Shown here piece after piece: positions 17,994 through 28,257 of a DNA stretch of 64,000 bases; the first letter of the stretch is position 1, and each line of letters begins with the position of its first letter. Below the pieces are notes generated by a model that was not told the DNA's origin, searched no databases, and was given only the letters and a program-made list of their open reading frames with translations. Position numbers and translations under genes: made by a program. Source of the DNA: Clostridiaceae bacterium (GTDB lineage Bacteria > Bacillota > Clostridia > Acetivibrionales > DULL01); contig DULL01000083.1 of NCBI GenBank assembly GCA_012840395.1, forward strand, positions 9,316-73,315. The letters are read 5' to 3'.

Positions 17994-19415
17994 ATGGAGA
18001 GTTTCTTTAAGCTTAAGGAAAATGGTACAAATGTATCAACAGAAATTATTGCAGGTCTTACAACATTTTTCACCATGGCTTACATTATCTTTGTTAACCC
18101 TGCAATGTTGTCGCAAGTTCCGGGCATGCCATGGGGCGGAGTATTTCTTGCAACAATAATTGCAGCTACAGTAGGAACACTTGTTATGGGCCTGTTTGCA
18201 AATGTACCTTATGCACAAGCACCTGGTATGGGTTTAAATGCTTTCTTTACCTATACAGTATGCTTTGGCCTTGGTTTTACCTGGCAGCAGGCACTGGCTA
18301 TGGTATTTATTTGTGGTGTGGTAAATATACTTATTACAGTTACAAAAATTCGTAAATCAATAATCAAGTCAATTCCTGTCAGCTTGCAAAATGCAATCGG
18401 TGGAGGTATTGGAATATTTATAGGTTATATTGGAATTAAGAGCGCAGGATTCCTCAATTTTACTTCTGATCCAGGCAAAAACATTATTTTAGAGGGCGGT
18501 ACAGTAATCGCTGATTCAAGTGCAGTTCCTGCTCTGGTGGCCTTTAATACTCCAGAAGTTCTTCTGGCTTTGATCGGACTAATTATAACCATAGTTTTAC
18601 TGGTATTTAAAGTAAAAGGAGCAATTTTAATAGGAATTATTGCAACAACTATTATTGGTATCCCTATGGGAGTTGTTGATATTTCAGCTGCAGGTACTAC
18701 TGCTAATATCGGATCAGTATTTTCTGAGCTTGGAATAACTTTCGGGGCAGTTTTCAGCAAGGAAGGAATAGGCTCACTGTTTAGTGATGCATCTAAATTA
18801 CCACTCGTATTATTAACTATTTTTGCTTTCAGCTTATCCGATACTTTTGATACCATTGGTACTTTTATTGGAACAGGACGTAAAACCGGCATTTTCAGTG
18901 AAGAAGATGAAAAGGCAATGGAGTCCAGTTCAGGCTTCAAATCCAAAATGGACAAAGCTTTGTTTGCAGATGCAATAGCAACTTCAATTGGTGCTATATT
19001 CGGAACTTCCAATACTACAACTTATGTTGAGAGTGCAGCAGGTATAAGTGCTGGCGGACGTACAGGTCTTACAAGTGTTACCACAGCAGTATTGTTCATA
19101 GCATGTATATTCCTTGCACCTATTGCAGGGCTTGTTCCGGCAGCTGCAACTGCACCTGCTTTAATAGCAGTAGGTATTATGATGATGACAGCTTTCAAAG
19201 AAATTAAGTGGGAAGATTTTGAAGAAGCAACCATTGGTTTCTTTGCAGGTGTGTTTATGGCTCTTGTATACAGCATTTCTTACGGAATAGCAGCAGGATT
19301 TATCTTCTACTGCTTAATAAAGATATGCAAAGGTAAAGCCAAAGAAATCCATCCGATACTTGCTGTAGCTACAATACTCTTTATTCTGAATTTTATATTG
19401 CTGGCAATTATTTAA
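17994..19415 (+). CDS. NCS2-family guanine/hypoxanthine/adenine permease (AzgA/PbuG type)
   Basis: Polytopic protein (MESFFKLKENGTNVSTEIIAGLTTFFTMAYIIFVNP...) downstream of the guanine riboswitch. ATG 17994 follows GGAGG. Confidence 0.9.
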   Translation: MESFFKLKENGTNVSTEIIAGLTTFFTMAYIIFVNPAMLSQVPGMPWGGVFLATIIAATVGTLVMGLFANVPYAQAPGMGLNAFFTYTVCFGLGFTWQQALAMVFICGVVNILITVTKIRKSIIKSIPVSLQNAIGGGIGIFIGYIGIKSAGFLNFTSDPGKNIILEGGTVIADSSAVPALVAFNTPEVLLALIGLIITIVLLVFKVKGAILIGIIATTIIGIPMGVVDISAAGTTANIGSVFSELGITFGAVFSKEGIGSLFSDASKLPLVLLTIFAFSLSDTFDTIGTFIGTGRKTGIFSEEDEKAMESSSGFKSKMDKALFADAIATSIGAIFGTSNTTTYVESAAGISAGGRTGLTSVTTAVLFIACIFLAPIAGLVPAAATAPALIAVGIMMMTAFKEIKWEDFEEATIGFFAGVFMALVYSISYGIAAGFIFYCLIKICKGKAKEIHPILAVATILFILNFILLAII

Positions 19416-19499
19416 GGTTTTTATAATAAAGCAGCAAGAAAACAGTAAGGGGTATGAAACAAGAATCTCCACTTTTATAAGATGGAAAGGTACAAATAT

Positions 19500-19533
19500 A
19501 AAGGGGCTGGCAACAAACTGACAGCTCCTTTTA
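19500..19533 (+). terminator. Putative rho-independent terminator of the permease gene
   Basis: AAAGGGGCTG (19500-19509) pairs with CAGCTCCTTT (19522-19531) with one G-U pair, followed by TT. Confidence 0.5.
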
Positions 19534-19628
19534 AGTTAATGCAAAAAGTGGCTGGATGTGGCAGCCGAATGGTTGTTAGGACACTCAGGATGAACAAAGG
19601 CGGAAGTTATATGTTTCCTTGTATCCGT

Positions 19629-19697
19629 GGAAGCAGAAGAACCGTCCCTGCGCTTCACCCTCCTGGAAGCAGAAGAACCGTCCCTGCGCTTCACCCT
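19629..19697. repeat. Tandem duplication (36-nt period) of a 33-nt GGGAC-family unit
   Basis: GGAAGCAGAAGAACCGTCCCTGCGCTTCACCCT occurs at 19629-19661 and again at 19665-19697. Its first 21-22 nt equal the arm of the 11441-11464 hairpin. Confidence 0.9.
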
Positions 19698-19791
19698 GCG
19701 CTTCCCTGACAGGATACCCTCCAGCCATAATTGACAAAGTATAACTTGGTTTGATAAGATTACTCTGTAGTTATAGTAAAATAAATGCAGC

Positions 19792-19817
19792 CGGGTTGGT
19801 CAAGCCAGCCCGTTTTT
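19792..19817 (+). promoter_or_regulatory. Terminator-like hairpin plus T-run in the purE leader (possible attenuator; sensor unknown)
   Basis: CGGGTTGG (19792-19799), loop TCAAG, CCAGCCCG (19805-19812), then TTTTT. It lies 30 nt upstream of the purE start. TTGACA occurs at about 19731. Confidence 0.35.
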
Positions 19818-19847
19818 AGATTATAGATGGAGGTAATATTCATTAAA

Positions 19848-20360
19848 ATGAAAAAGGAACCAAAGGTTTTATTAGTAATGGGAAGTGATTCGGATTTTCC
19901 CGTACTTGAAGGATGTATAAAATTATTGAAGCAATTTGGCGTTTTTGTTCAGGTGTTGGTTTGTTCGGCGCACCGTACTCCGGATAAAGCGGCAGAATAT
20001 GCCAAAACAGCAGAGGAGAACGGCTTTGACGTTATTATTGCTGCTGCTGGAAAGGCAGCTCATCTGCCAGGTGTTTTAGCGGCGTATACACCTCTGCCTG
20101 TGATAGGTGTACCTATTAAATCTTCCACAATGGACGGCCTTGACTCACTTCTTTCCATAGTGCAGATGCCAAGCGGAATTCCTGTTGCCACAGTTGCCAT
20201 AGACGGAGGGGATAATGCCGCACTTCTGGCTATCCAGATATTATCGGTGGGATACAGTGAACTTAGAGAAAAAATGAAAGAATATAAAATCCAGTTAGCC
20301 AGAAAGGTTGAAGAAAAAAACAAGGCTTTACAGGAAAAGCTGCTTGGAGGGATACTATGA
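19848..20360 (+). CDS. purE: N5-carboxyaminoimidazole ribonucleotide mutase
   Basis: VLLVMGSDSDFPV...AAGKAAHLPGVLAAYTPLPVIGVP. ATG 19848 follows GGAGG. Confidence 0.95.
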   Translation: MKKEPKVLLVMGSDSDFPVLEGCIKLLKQFGVFVQVLVCSAHRTPDKAAEYAKTAEENGFDVIIAAAGKAAHLPGVLAAYTPLPVIGVPIKSSTMDGLDSLLSIVQMPSGIPVATVAIDGGDNAALLAIQILSVGYSELREKMKEYKIQLARKVEEKNKALQEKLLGGIL

Positions 20361-21799
20361 TTTATGATCCTGTAAAAGATAAATTCAGAGATGAATGCGG
20401 AGTTTTCGGGATATACAGTAATGACAATTTAGATGTGGCACGTCTTGCATTTTATGCCATGTATGCTTTGCAGCACAGAGGCGAAGAAAGCTCAGGAATT
20501 GCTGTAAATGATTCAGGAACCATACTTAATCATAAAAATACAGGATTAATTTCCGAGATTTTTAATGATGTTATCCTGAACCATTTAAAGGGTCAATCTG
20601 CCATAGGCCATGTCAGGTCTTCCTACGAAGGCAGCAATACCATAGAAAATGCACAGCCCATGTTAATAAAGTATAGAAGCGGCCAGCTGGCTCTGGCTCA
20701 TAACGGAAGTCTTACTAATTCCTTAGAACTAAGAGAAAGTCTGGAAGAAAAGGGAGCCATGTTCCAGACATCAAGCGATACAGAAATTGTAGCTAATCTT
20801 ATATCCAGATACAGTGTATTCAACAGCAGTATTGAAGATATTTTAACTAAAGTTATGAAGGATATTAAAGGATCCTATGCCATGACTATTTTAACACCCG
20901 AGCATCTTATAGGCTTAAGGGATCCTTTGGGCATCAGGCCTTTATGCATAGGAGCTATTGGCAATTCATATGTAATTGCCTCTGAATCCAGCGGCCTTGA
21001 TGCTGTAGGAGCAAGCTTTTTAAGGGATGTAAAACCTGGAGAAATAGTGATAATTGACAAGAATGGACTAAGATCTGTCCAGGCTGTAGAAAGTAAAGAA
21101 TCCCGCCTTTGTATATTTGAATTTGTATATTTTGCAAGACCTGACAGTTATATAGACGGAGCAAGTGTCCATCATGCAAGGGTAGAAGCCGGAAGAATCC
21201 TTGCCAGGGAACATCCTGCCGATGCAGATCTTGTCATAGGAGCTCCTGACAGTGGTATCAATGCAGCATTGGGATTTTCAAGAGAATCAGGCATACCGTA
21301 CGGACAGGGACTCCTGAAAAACAAGTATGTTGGAAGAACTTTTATTCTTCCCGAGCAGGCACAAAGAGAAATAGGGGTAAGAATAAAGTTTAATGTTTTG
21401 CGGGACGAGATTGAGGGAAAACGTATAGTAATGGTAGATGATTCAATTGTCAGAGGCACAACAACCATGCGAATTGTACAGCTTTTAAAAAATGCAGGGG
21501 CTAAAGAAGTTCATATGAGAGTAAGCTCTCCTCCCTGCAAATTTCCCTGCTACTACGGTATAGATATTTCATCCAGTAAGCAATTGGTGGCCTCAAATTA
21601 TTCTGAAGAAGAAATCAGAAAGATGATAGGCGCAGACAGTATAGGGTACCTGAGCCTTGAAGGACTGCTTAAATCTCCAATAGGTTCAAAATGCGGATTC
21701 TGTACTGCCTGCTTCAATGGAGATTATCCTATTGATATATCCCAAAGTGCATGTAAAAATATATGTGGGAACAGTACCAAGAAACAGGAGGAGATTTGA
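20357..21799 (+). CDS. purF: Amidophosphoribosyltransferase
   Basis: N-terminal CGVFGI nucleophile, a PRTase motif ([12 protein letters not shown]) and C-terminal Cys residues. 4-nt overlap with purE. Confidence 0.95.
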   Translation: MIYDPVKDKFRDECGVFGIYSNDNLDVARLAFYAMYALQHRGEESSGIAVNDSGTILNHKNTGLISEIFNDVILNHLKGQSAIGHVRSSYEGSNTIENAQPMLIKYRSGQLALAHNGSLTNSLELRESLEEKGAMFQTSSDTEIVANLISRYSVFNSSIEDILTKVMKDIKGSYAMTILTPEHLIGLRDPLGIRPLCIGAIGNSYVIASESSGLDAVGASFLRDVKPGEIVIIDKNGLRSVQAVESKESRLCIFEFVYFARPDSYIDGASVHHARVEAGRILAREHPADADLVIGAPDSGINAALGFSRESGIPYGQGLLKNKYVGRTFILPEQAQREIGVRIKFNVLRDEIEGKRIVMVDDSIVRGTTTMRIVQLLKNAGAKEVHMRVSSPPCKFPCYYGIDISSSKQLVASNYSEEEIRKMIGADSIGYLSLEGLLKSPIGSKCGFCTACFNGDYPIDISQSACKNICGNSTKKQEEI

Positions 21800-22821
21800 T
21801 GATTAGTTATAAGGATGCAGGGGTTAATGTGGAAGCCGGCTATGAAGCTGTAAGACTGATGCGCGAACATGTAAAAAGAACTTTCCGTCCTGAAGTATTG
21901 ACTGATATAGGAGGCTTCGGAGGTCTTTTCTCACTTGATAAAAATAAATATACCGAACCTGTTCTGGTTTCAGGAACCGATGGCGTTGGTACAAAACTTA
22001 AAATTGCCTTCCTTCTGGAAAAGCATGACACAATAGGGATAGATTGTGTTGCTATGTGTGTTAATGATATTATATGCAGTGGTGCTGAACCTTTGTTCTT
22101 TTTGGATTATATTGCAGTAGGCAAGAACTACCCCGAAAAAATAGCACAAATTGTAAAAGGTGTGTCCCAAGGATGTATAATGGCAGGATGCGCACTGATC
22201 GGGGGAGAAACTGCTGAAATGCCGGGCTTTTATTCAGAAGATGAATATGATATTGCCGGTTTTGCTGTTGGTGTAGTTGAAAAGAGCAAAATAATAGACG
22301 GAAGCAAGATTAAAGAGGGAGACAAACTGATTGGCCTTGCATCTTCGGGTATCCACAGCAATGGTTATTCTTTGGTAAGGAAACTTCTAAACCCTAATAA
22401 GGAAAAACTTAATGAATATGTAAGTTCACTTGGCTCAAACCTTGGTGAACAATTACTGAAGCCTACCAGAATTTATGTTAAAACCATATTAGACTTAATT
22501 GAAAAATATGAAGTAAAAGGAATATCCCATATTACCGGCGGAGGATTTATTGAAAACATTCCAAGAATGATACCCGAAGGTTTAAGAGCTGAGGTTGAAT
22601 TAGGTTCCTGGCCTGTCCTTCCGATTTTTAAGTTATTGCAAAAAACAGGAGATATAAAAGATAGAGAAATGTATAATACATTCAATATGGGTATAGGAAT
22701 GGTGCTGGCTGTGGATGCTGAGCTTTCTGGTGAGATTGTAAATTATCTGAATAAGGATTCAGAACAAGCATATATTATCGGTGAAATTAAAAAAGGGGAG
22801 TCAGGATTGGATTTATGCTGA
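21799..22821 (+). CDS. purM: Phosphoribosylformylglycinamidine cyclo-ligase (AIR synthetase)
   Basis: [14 protein letters not shown]...DGVGTKL. ATG 21799 overlaps the purF TGA (TGATG). Confidence 0.95.
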   Translation: MISYKDAGVNVEAGYEAVRLMREHVKRTFRPEVLTDIGGFGGLFSLDKNKYTEPVLVSGTDGVGTKLKIAFLLEKHDTIGIDCVAMCVNDIICSGAEPLFFLDYIAVGKNYPEKIAQIVKGVSQGCIMAGCALIGGETAEMPGFYSEDEYDIAGFAVGVVEKSKIIDGSKIKEGDKLIGLASSGIHSNGYSLVRKLLNPNKEKLNEYVSSLGSNLGEQLLKPTRIYVKTILDLIEKYEVKGISHITGGGFIENIPRMIPEGLRAEVELGSWPVLPIFKLLQKTGDIKDREMYNTFNMGIGMVLAVDAELSGEIVNYLNKDSEQAYIIGEIKKGESGLDLC

Positions 22822-23447
22822 AAATTGGTGTGTTGGTTTCCGGAGGAGGGAGCAATCTACAATCAATTATAGATAAGATTGAAACCGGCTATTTAAAGAA
22901 CTGTTCTATACAAATTGTCATATCCAGCAGAAAAGACGCCTATGCCTTGGAGAGAGCCAAAAAGCATGGTATACCTGCTGTTTTTATAGGAAGAAAGAGC
23001 TTTGCAACTCCGGAAGAATATGATAAAGCTATGGTCGAAAAGCTTTCAGAATATAACATTGACCTTGTAGTGCTGGCAGGTTTTTTTGCACAATTGGGAG
23101 AGATGATGCTAAAGACCTATAAGAACAGAATTATTAATATACATCCTTCCCTCATACCTTCTTTTTGCGGTAAAGGATATTATGGAATAATACCTCATCA
23201 GAAGGCGCTCGAATACGGAGTAAAGGTAACCGGAGCTACAGTGCATTTTGTTGAGGCTGAATATGATTCGGGACCAATAATAATACAAAAACCTGTGTAT
23301 GTTAAAGATGATGATACACCGGAGACTTTACAGAGAAGAGTTATGGAAGAAGCTGAATGGATAATTTTACCTGAAGCAATTAAACTCTTTTCTGAAAAGA
23401 GGTTGATTTTGGAGGGGAGAAAAGTAAGAATTCTTTCTCCCCGTTAG
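22815..23447 (+). CDS. purN: Phosphoribosylglycinamide formyltransferase
   Basis: [37 protein letters not shown]. Confidence 0.95.
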   Translation: MLKIGVLVSGGGSNLQSIIDKIETGYLKNCSIQIVISSRKDAYALERAKKHGIPAVFIGRKSFATPEEYDKAMVEKLSEYNIDLVVLAGFFAQLGEMMLKTYKNRIINIHPSLIPSFCGKGYYGIIPHQKALEYGVKVTGATVHFVEAEYDSGPIIIQKPVYVKDDDTPETLQRRVMEEAEWIILPEAIKLFSEKRLILEGRKVRILSPR

Positions 23448-23471
23448 AATTCTATGAAAGGAGTATCCTAA

Positions 23472-25013
23472 ATGGAAAGAGCATTAATCAGCGTATCTGA
23501 CAAGACAGGAATAGTACAATTCGCACAGGAATTGCACAAACTTGGAATAGAGATTATATCTACAGGAGGTACTGCTAATACTCTCAGGAATGCCGGCGTA
23601 AAAGTAACAAACATTTCTGAAATTACAGGATTTCCTGAATGTTTGGATGGCAGGGTAAAAACATTACATCCCAAGATACATGGTGGACTTCTTGCAGTAA
23701 GGTCAAATCCGCAGCATATGAGGGAATTGGAAGAATTGGGTATAGAGACAATTGATATTGTGGTAATAAATTTATATCCATTTAAACAGACTATATTAAA
23801 GGATAATGTCCAGTTGGAAGAAGCTATAGAGAATATTGATATTGGCGGGCCAACTATGTTAAGAGCTGCAGCCAAGAATTACCAGGATGTAGTGGTGATT
23901 GTTGATCCTGCGGATTACCAGCCAATACTTGATGAATTAAAGTATACCGGCGGTGTATCTATTGAAACAAAATTCAGGTTAGCATATAAAGTATTCGAAC
24001 ATACCAGCCATTATGACACATTAATATCCGGATATTTAAGAAAAAAAATAGGAGACAATTCCTTCCCGGAAACTTTTACAATGACTTTTGAAAAGGCTCA
24101 GGATATGAGATATGGAGAAAATCCCCATCAGCAGGCTGTATTCTATAAAGAAGTTGGAGCTGCTCCAGGTACTCTGGTAAACGCCGTGCAATTACATGGT
24201 AAAGAGCTTTCCTATAACAATATTAATGACGCAAACGGCGCTCTTGAACTTCTTAAAGAATTTGAAGAACCTACTGTGGTTGCTGTAAAACATGCCAATC
24301 CCTGTGGAGTTGCAAGTGCTGACAATATCTATGAGGCATACAAGAAAGCTTATGAAGCTGACCCGGTTTCAATATTTGGCGGGATAATAGCTGCTAACAG
24401 AGAAATTGATGAGGCAACAGCAACTGAAATAAATAAAATATTTATTGAGATAGTAATTGCTCCTTCATACACTCAGAAAGCTTTTGAAATTCTCTCCAGC
24501 AAAAAGAATATCAGGATTCTTAAACTGCCTGACATTACAGAGGCTCTTCCGAAAGACACCTATGATATGAAGAAGGTTCCCGGAGGACTACTGGTTCAGA
24601 GCATTAACCTGGACCTCTTTGATATGGATTCCCTGCAATATGTAACTGAAAATAAACCTACTCCTGCTCAGTTGGAAGATATGATCTTTGCTATGAAGGT
24701 AGTTAAGCATACTAAATCTAACGCTATTGTTTTGGCTAAAGATAAACAAACAATTGGCGTGGGACCTGGACAGACAAACAGGATAATGGCTGCAAAAATT
24801 GCCATTGAGTATGGAGGAAACAGAACAGATGGCGCTGTAATGGCTTCTGACGCTTTCTTCCCCTTCCCGGATTGTGTGGAAGCGGCTGCAAAAGCCGGAG
24901 TAAAAGCCATTATACAACCAGGAGGTTCTGTAAAGGACCAGGAATCTATTGATGCATGCAATAAATATGGAATTGCAATGGTATTTACAGGAAAGAGGCA
25001 TTTTAAGCATTAA
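23472..25013 (+). CDS. purH: Bifunctional AICAR transformylase / IMP cyclohydrolase
   Basis: [13 protein letters not shown]...[13 protein letters not shown]...ends GKRHFKH. Confidence 0.95.
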   Translation: MERALISVSDKTGIVQFAQELHKLGIEIISTGGTANTLRNAGVKVTNISEITGFPECLDGRVKTLHPKIHGGLLAVRSNPQHMRELEELGIETIDIVVINLYPFKQTILKDNVQLEEAIENIDIGGPTMLRAAAKNYQDVVVIVDPADYQPILDELKYTGGVSIETKFRLAYKVFEHTSHYDTLISGYLRKKIGDNSFPETFTMTFEKAQDMRYGENPHQQAVFYKEVGAAPGTLVNAVQLHGKELSYNNINDANGALELLKEFEEPTVVAVKHANPCGVASADNIYEAYKKAYEADPVSIFGGIIAANREIDEATATEINKIFIEIVIAPSYTQKAFEILSSKKNIRILKLPDITEALPKDTYDMKKVPGGLLVQSINLDLFDMDSLQYVTENKPTPAQLEDMIFAMKVVKHTKSNAIVLAKDKQTIGVGPGQTNRIMAAKIAIEYGGNRTDGAVMASDAFFPFPDCVEAAAKAGVKAIIQPGGSVKDQESIDACNKYGIAMVFTGKRHFKH

Positions 25014-25020
25014 AAGGAAA

Positions 25021-25143
25021 AGGGACACTCCTCTCTCGAGCAAAGAAGTATTCCATATAAGTTGAGGAGTGTCCCTCAAAAAGATAGAGGAACACTCCTT
25101 TCCCGAGCAAGATGTATTCCTTTTATGTTGAGGAGTGTCCCTC
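25021..25143. repeat. Two tandem copies (about 66-nt period) of a palindromic GGGAC-core element inside the pur operon
   Basis: Copy 1: AGGGACACTCCTC (25021-25033) pairs with GAGGAGTGTCCCT (25064-25076), a perfect 13 bp. Copy 2: GAGGAACACTCCT (25087-25099) pairs with AGGAGTGTCCCTC (25131-25143), with 1 mismatch. The roughly 30-nt loops are also similar (..CGAGCAA.GA.GTATTCC.T.TA.GTT). Confidence 0.9.
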
Positions 25144-25182
25144 ACACAATTGTTTATTAATCATAAAAGAAGGATGGGAAGC

Positions 25183-26442
25183 ATGAAAGTATTGGTAGTT
25201 GGAAGCGGAGGCAGGGAGCATGCAATCGCATGGAAGATTGCACAAAGCCCGCTGGTTGATAAAATTTATTGCGCACCAGGCAATGGAGGAATATCTTTCA
25301 TTGCAGAGTGTGTGCCTATAAAAGCGACAGATATTGAAGGGATAGTATCATTTTCAGTTGATAATAATATTGATCTGGTAGTAGTTGCACCGGATGATCC
25401 GCTGGCAGCAGGCATGGTGGATGCTTTGGAGGCAGCAGGTATACGTGCTTTCGGACCTGTTAAAAAAGCTGCTGAAATAGAATCCAGCAAGGTTTTCGCA
25501 AAAAGCCTCATGAAAAAGTATGGAATTCCAACAGCAAAGTATGAGGTATTTGAAGAATATGCACCTGCTCTGGATTATTTAAGGAATCAGGAGTACCCTG
25601 TTGTTATTAAGGCAGATGGTCTTGCACTAGGAAAAGGAGTTATAATTGCCCATGATTTTTTAGAGGCGGAAAAAGCCCTTAACCTTATGATGAAAGACAA
25701 GATTTTTGGAAAAGCAGGGGATAAAGTTATCATTGAAGAGTTTCTTACAGGCCAGGAGGTATCAATACTGGCATTTACAGATGGTAAGACAATTTTACCG
25801 ATGGTAAGTTCTCAGGACCATAAAAGGGCTCTTGATAATGATAAAGGCCTTAATACTGGAGGAATGGGAACATTTTCACCCAGTAGGATCTATACTCCTG
25901 AACTGGCTCAATGCTGTATGAATGAAATTTTTATTCCTACTGTGGAGGCTATGAATAAGGAAGGCCGGAAATTTAAGGGAGTACTGTACTTTGGTCTTAT
26001 GGTTACAAAACATGGCCCCAAAGTGCTTGAATATAATTCCAGGTTTGGTGATCCTGAAACCCAGGTTGTTCTTCCAAGGCTGGAAAGTGATATAGTTGAG
26101 ATATTTAATGCAGTTATTGATGAGAAATTAGACACTATAGATATTAAATGGAATGATAAGGCTGCCGTATGTGTTATACTGGCATCCGGAGGATATCCTG
26201 AGAAGTATAAGACCGGATATGAAATCAGTGGTTTGGAGGATGCGAAAGCCGATAGCAGAATTATACTGTTCCATGCATCAACAAAATATGCTAACGGAAA
26301 ATTCTTTACAAGTGGAGGAAGAGTGCTGGGGGTTACCGCGCTGGGTGATACACTGGATAAGGCAATAAAAACTGCATATGAGGCTGTAGCGAAAATCAGT
26401 TTTCAGGATATGCACTACAGGACAGATATAGGGAAGAAATAG
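25183..26442 (+). CDS. purD: Phosphoribosylamine-glycine ligase
   Basis: MKVLVVGSGGREHAIAWK... with an ATP-grasp core. ATG 25183 is preferred over 25135, which lies inside the repeat. Confidence 0.95.
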   Translation: MKVLVVGSGGREHAIAWKIAQSPLVDKIYCAPGNGGISFIAECVPIKATDIEGIVSFSVDNNIDLVVVAPDDPLAAGMVDALEAAGIRAFGPVKKAAEIESSKVFAKSLMKKYGIPTAKYEVFEEYAPALDYLRNQEYPVVIKADGLALGKGVIIAHDFLEAEKALNLMMKDKIFGKAGDKVIIEEFLTGQEVSILAFTDGKTILPMVSSQDHKRALDNDKGLNTGGMGTFSPSRIYTPELAQCCMNEIFIPTVEAMNKEGRKFKGVLYFGLMVTKHGPKVLEYNSRFGDPETQVVLPRLESDIVEIFNAVIDEKLDTIDIKWNDKAAVCVILASGGYPEKYKTGYEISGLEDAKADSRIILFHASTKYANGKFFTSGGRVLGVTALGDTLDKAIKTAYEAVAKISFQDMHYRTDIGKK

Positions 26443-26583
26443 ATAAGTAATGTTATATTTTCAAAACATTACAAGTGACTAACATTACATATGACTTAAG
26501 ATTAAGAATAATGGGTTTGAGGCATTTGTATTGTATTTTGTGTAAAGAATATTAAAGAACGGTGCCTCAAATAAAAGGTGTAT

Positions 26584-27207
26584 ATGATAAAAAAGATACG
26601 AAAATTAGGCATATCAGGCGGCACTTTTGATCCTATTCACTATGGCCATCTGATAATTGCAGAGGATATAAGGGAAAGTTTTAAACTGGATAAAGTAATA
26701 TTTATACCATCAGGGATGCCCCCTCATAAAGATATAACAAAAGTTACAGATGCAAGGCACCGTTATAATATGGTGCGCATTGCTATAGATAATAATCCTT
26801 ATTTCGAGGCATCCTCTATAGAGTTGGACAGGCCTGGATATACTTATACTGTTGATACCCTGATACAGCTTAAGGAGATCTATGGTGAAGATACAAAACT
26901 CTACTTTATTACTGGTGCAGACGTGGTACCAGAGCTATTAACCTGGAAAAACTATCAGAAAATATTTAAATTATGTGAATTTATTACTGTGCTCAGACCT
27001 GGATATAAAAAATCCACCTTTATTGAAGCAGTGGAAAAGATGAGGGTGGAACATGGAGCGATAATTCATCTTACAGAAGCTCCTCTTATTGGTATTTCCT
27101 CAACCATAATAAGAACCAGGATGAATGAAAATAAATCAATAAAATATTTGGTACCGGAAAAAGTGGAAAAGTATATATTTGATAATATGCTTTATGTTTT
27201 TAAATAG
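26584..27207 (+). CDS. nadD: Nicotinate-nucleotide adenylyltransferase
   Basis: GISGGTFDPIHYGHL and ISSTIIR motifs. Confidence 0.9.
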   Translation: MIKKIRKLGISGGTFDPIHYGHLIIAEDIRESFKLDKVIFIPSGMPPHKDITKVTDARHRYNMVRIAIDNNPYFEASSIELDRPGYTYTVDTLIQLKEIYGEDTKLYFITGADVVPELLTWKNYQKIFKLCEFITVLRPGYKKSTFIEAVEKMRVEHGAIIHLTEAPLIGISSTIIRTRMNENKSIKYLVPEKVEKYIFDNMLYVFK

Positions 27208-27288
27208 AATACTGAGGTATAATCGCTTTTGAATATAATCACTTTATTTTTTATTATTTTATTAAGTAATGGAGAGTAATAGACAATT

Positions 27289-27894
27289 ATGACACTGGAA
27301 GAAATGCAAAAGAAACTGCAGGAAACACTTCCTAAGGGAAGATTCCAACATTCGGTAAATGTAATGCATGAAGCTGTTAAATTGGCTGAAATATATGGAG
27401 AAGATAAAAATAAAGCTGCAATAGCAGGACTTTTACATGATTGTGCTAAAGGAATAAAAGGGGAAGAAGCCCTTGAAATATGCAAAAAACACAATATAAT
27501 AATTGATGAGGTAATGCAGTTACAGACCGGGTTGCTTCATGGGCCTATCGGGTCGCATATAGCTGATTGTGAATACGGTGTAAAAGATCCATATATTCTG
27601 AACGCCATATATTACCACACTACAGGCTGTGAAAATATGGATCGGCTGACTAAGATTATTTATATTGCAGATTATATAGAACCAAATAGAAGTTTTTATG
27701 GAGTTGAAAAAATTAGAAGAAAGGTTATTAGTGACCTGGATGAGGCAATAATTATAGCATTGAACACAACAATTAAGCATGTGATTACTAAAGGACACCT
27801 TTTACACATAAACACAATTAACGCAAGAAACTATTTAATAAAGGAAAGGGGACATATTTCTGTCACAAAAAACATCAGACATAATGAAGGATAA
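27289..27894 (+). CDS. yqeK: HD-domain bis(5'-nucleosyl)-tetraphosphatase, YqeK family
   Basis: HSVNV...GLLHDCAK...YYHTTG. The nadD-yqeK-rsfS order is conserved. Confidence 0.85.
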   Translation: MTLEEMQKKLQETLPKGRFQHSVNVMHEAVKLAEIYGEDKNKAAIAGLLHDCAKGIKGEEALEICKKHNIIIDEVMQLQTGLLHGPIGSHIADCEYGVKDPYILNAIYYHTTGCENMDRLTKIIYIADYIEPNRSFYGVEKIRRKVISDLDEAIIIALNTTIKHVITKGHLLHINTINARNYLIKERGHISVTKNIRHNEG

Positions 27895-28252
27895 AATCAT
27901 AGAGATACTAGAGGATAAGAAAGCAAAGGAAATAAATATTATTAACATTCGGAAGATATCCACTTTGGCAGATTACTTTATAATATGCAGTGGTACTTCC
28001 ACTACGCACATCAGAACACTGGCTGATGAAGTGGAACAAAAGATGCATATTTACGGCTATAAACTGTTAGGCAAAGAGGGTTATAGCAGTTCAAGATGGA
28101 TTCTTCTTGATTATGGTGACGTTGTTGTGCATATATTCAACCAAGACGAAAGAAAATTTTATAATTTAGAGAGACTCTGGTATGATGGAGAACAAACTAG
28201 TATAATAAATGGTAATAGTTTTAAACAAGATACATTGAATAAGGATGTGTAG
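27884..28252 (+). CDS. rsfS: Ribosome silencing factor
   Basis: 122 aa with [22 protein letters not shown]...[14 protein letters not shown]. Confidence 0.9.
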   Translation: MKDKIIEILEDKKAKEINIINIRKISTLADYFIICSGTSTTHIRTLADEVEQKMHIYGYKLLGKEGYSSSRWILLDYGDVVVHIFNQDERKFYNLERLWYDGEQTSIINGNSFKQDTLNKDV

Positions 28253-28257
28253 TAAAT

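Noticed and set aside
18425-19012. 195-aa minus-strand ORF (and similar antisense ORFs at 23468..23875, 9311..9754, 15092..15472, 42749..43108, 53013..53345)
   Set aside because: All are embedded antisense in well-supported genes and have low-complexity or compositionally odd products. They are typical shadow ORFs.
19482-19709. 75-aa ORF (..GSRRTVPALHPPGSRRTVPALHPALP)
   Set aside because: Its repetitive C-terminus is simply the translation of the tandem GGGAC-family DNA repeat. It has no RBS and lies in an intergenic spacer. I treat it as non-coding.
24588-25145. 185-aa minus-strand ORF overlapping the purH 3' end and the purH-purD spacer
   Set aside because: It is antisense to a strongly supported gene. 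Its N-terminal part is the translation of the twin palindromic repeats (..RDTPQH..RDTPQL..). It is an artefact of the repeats.
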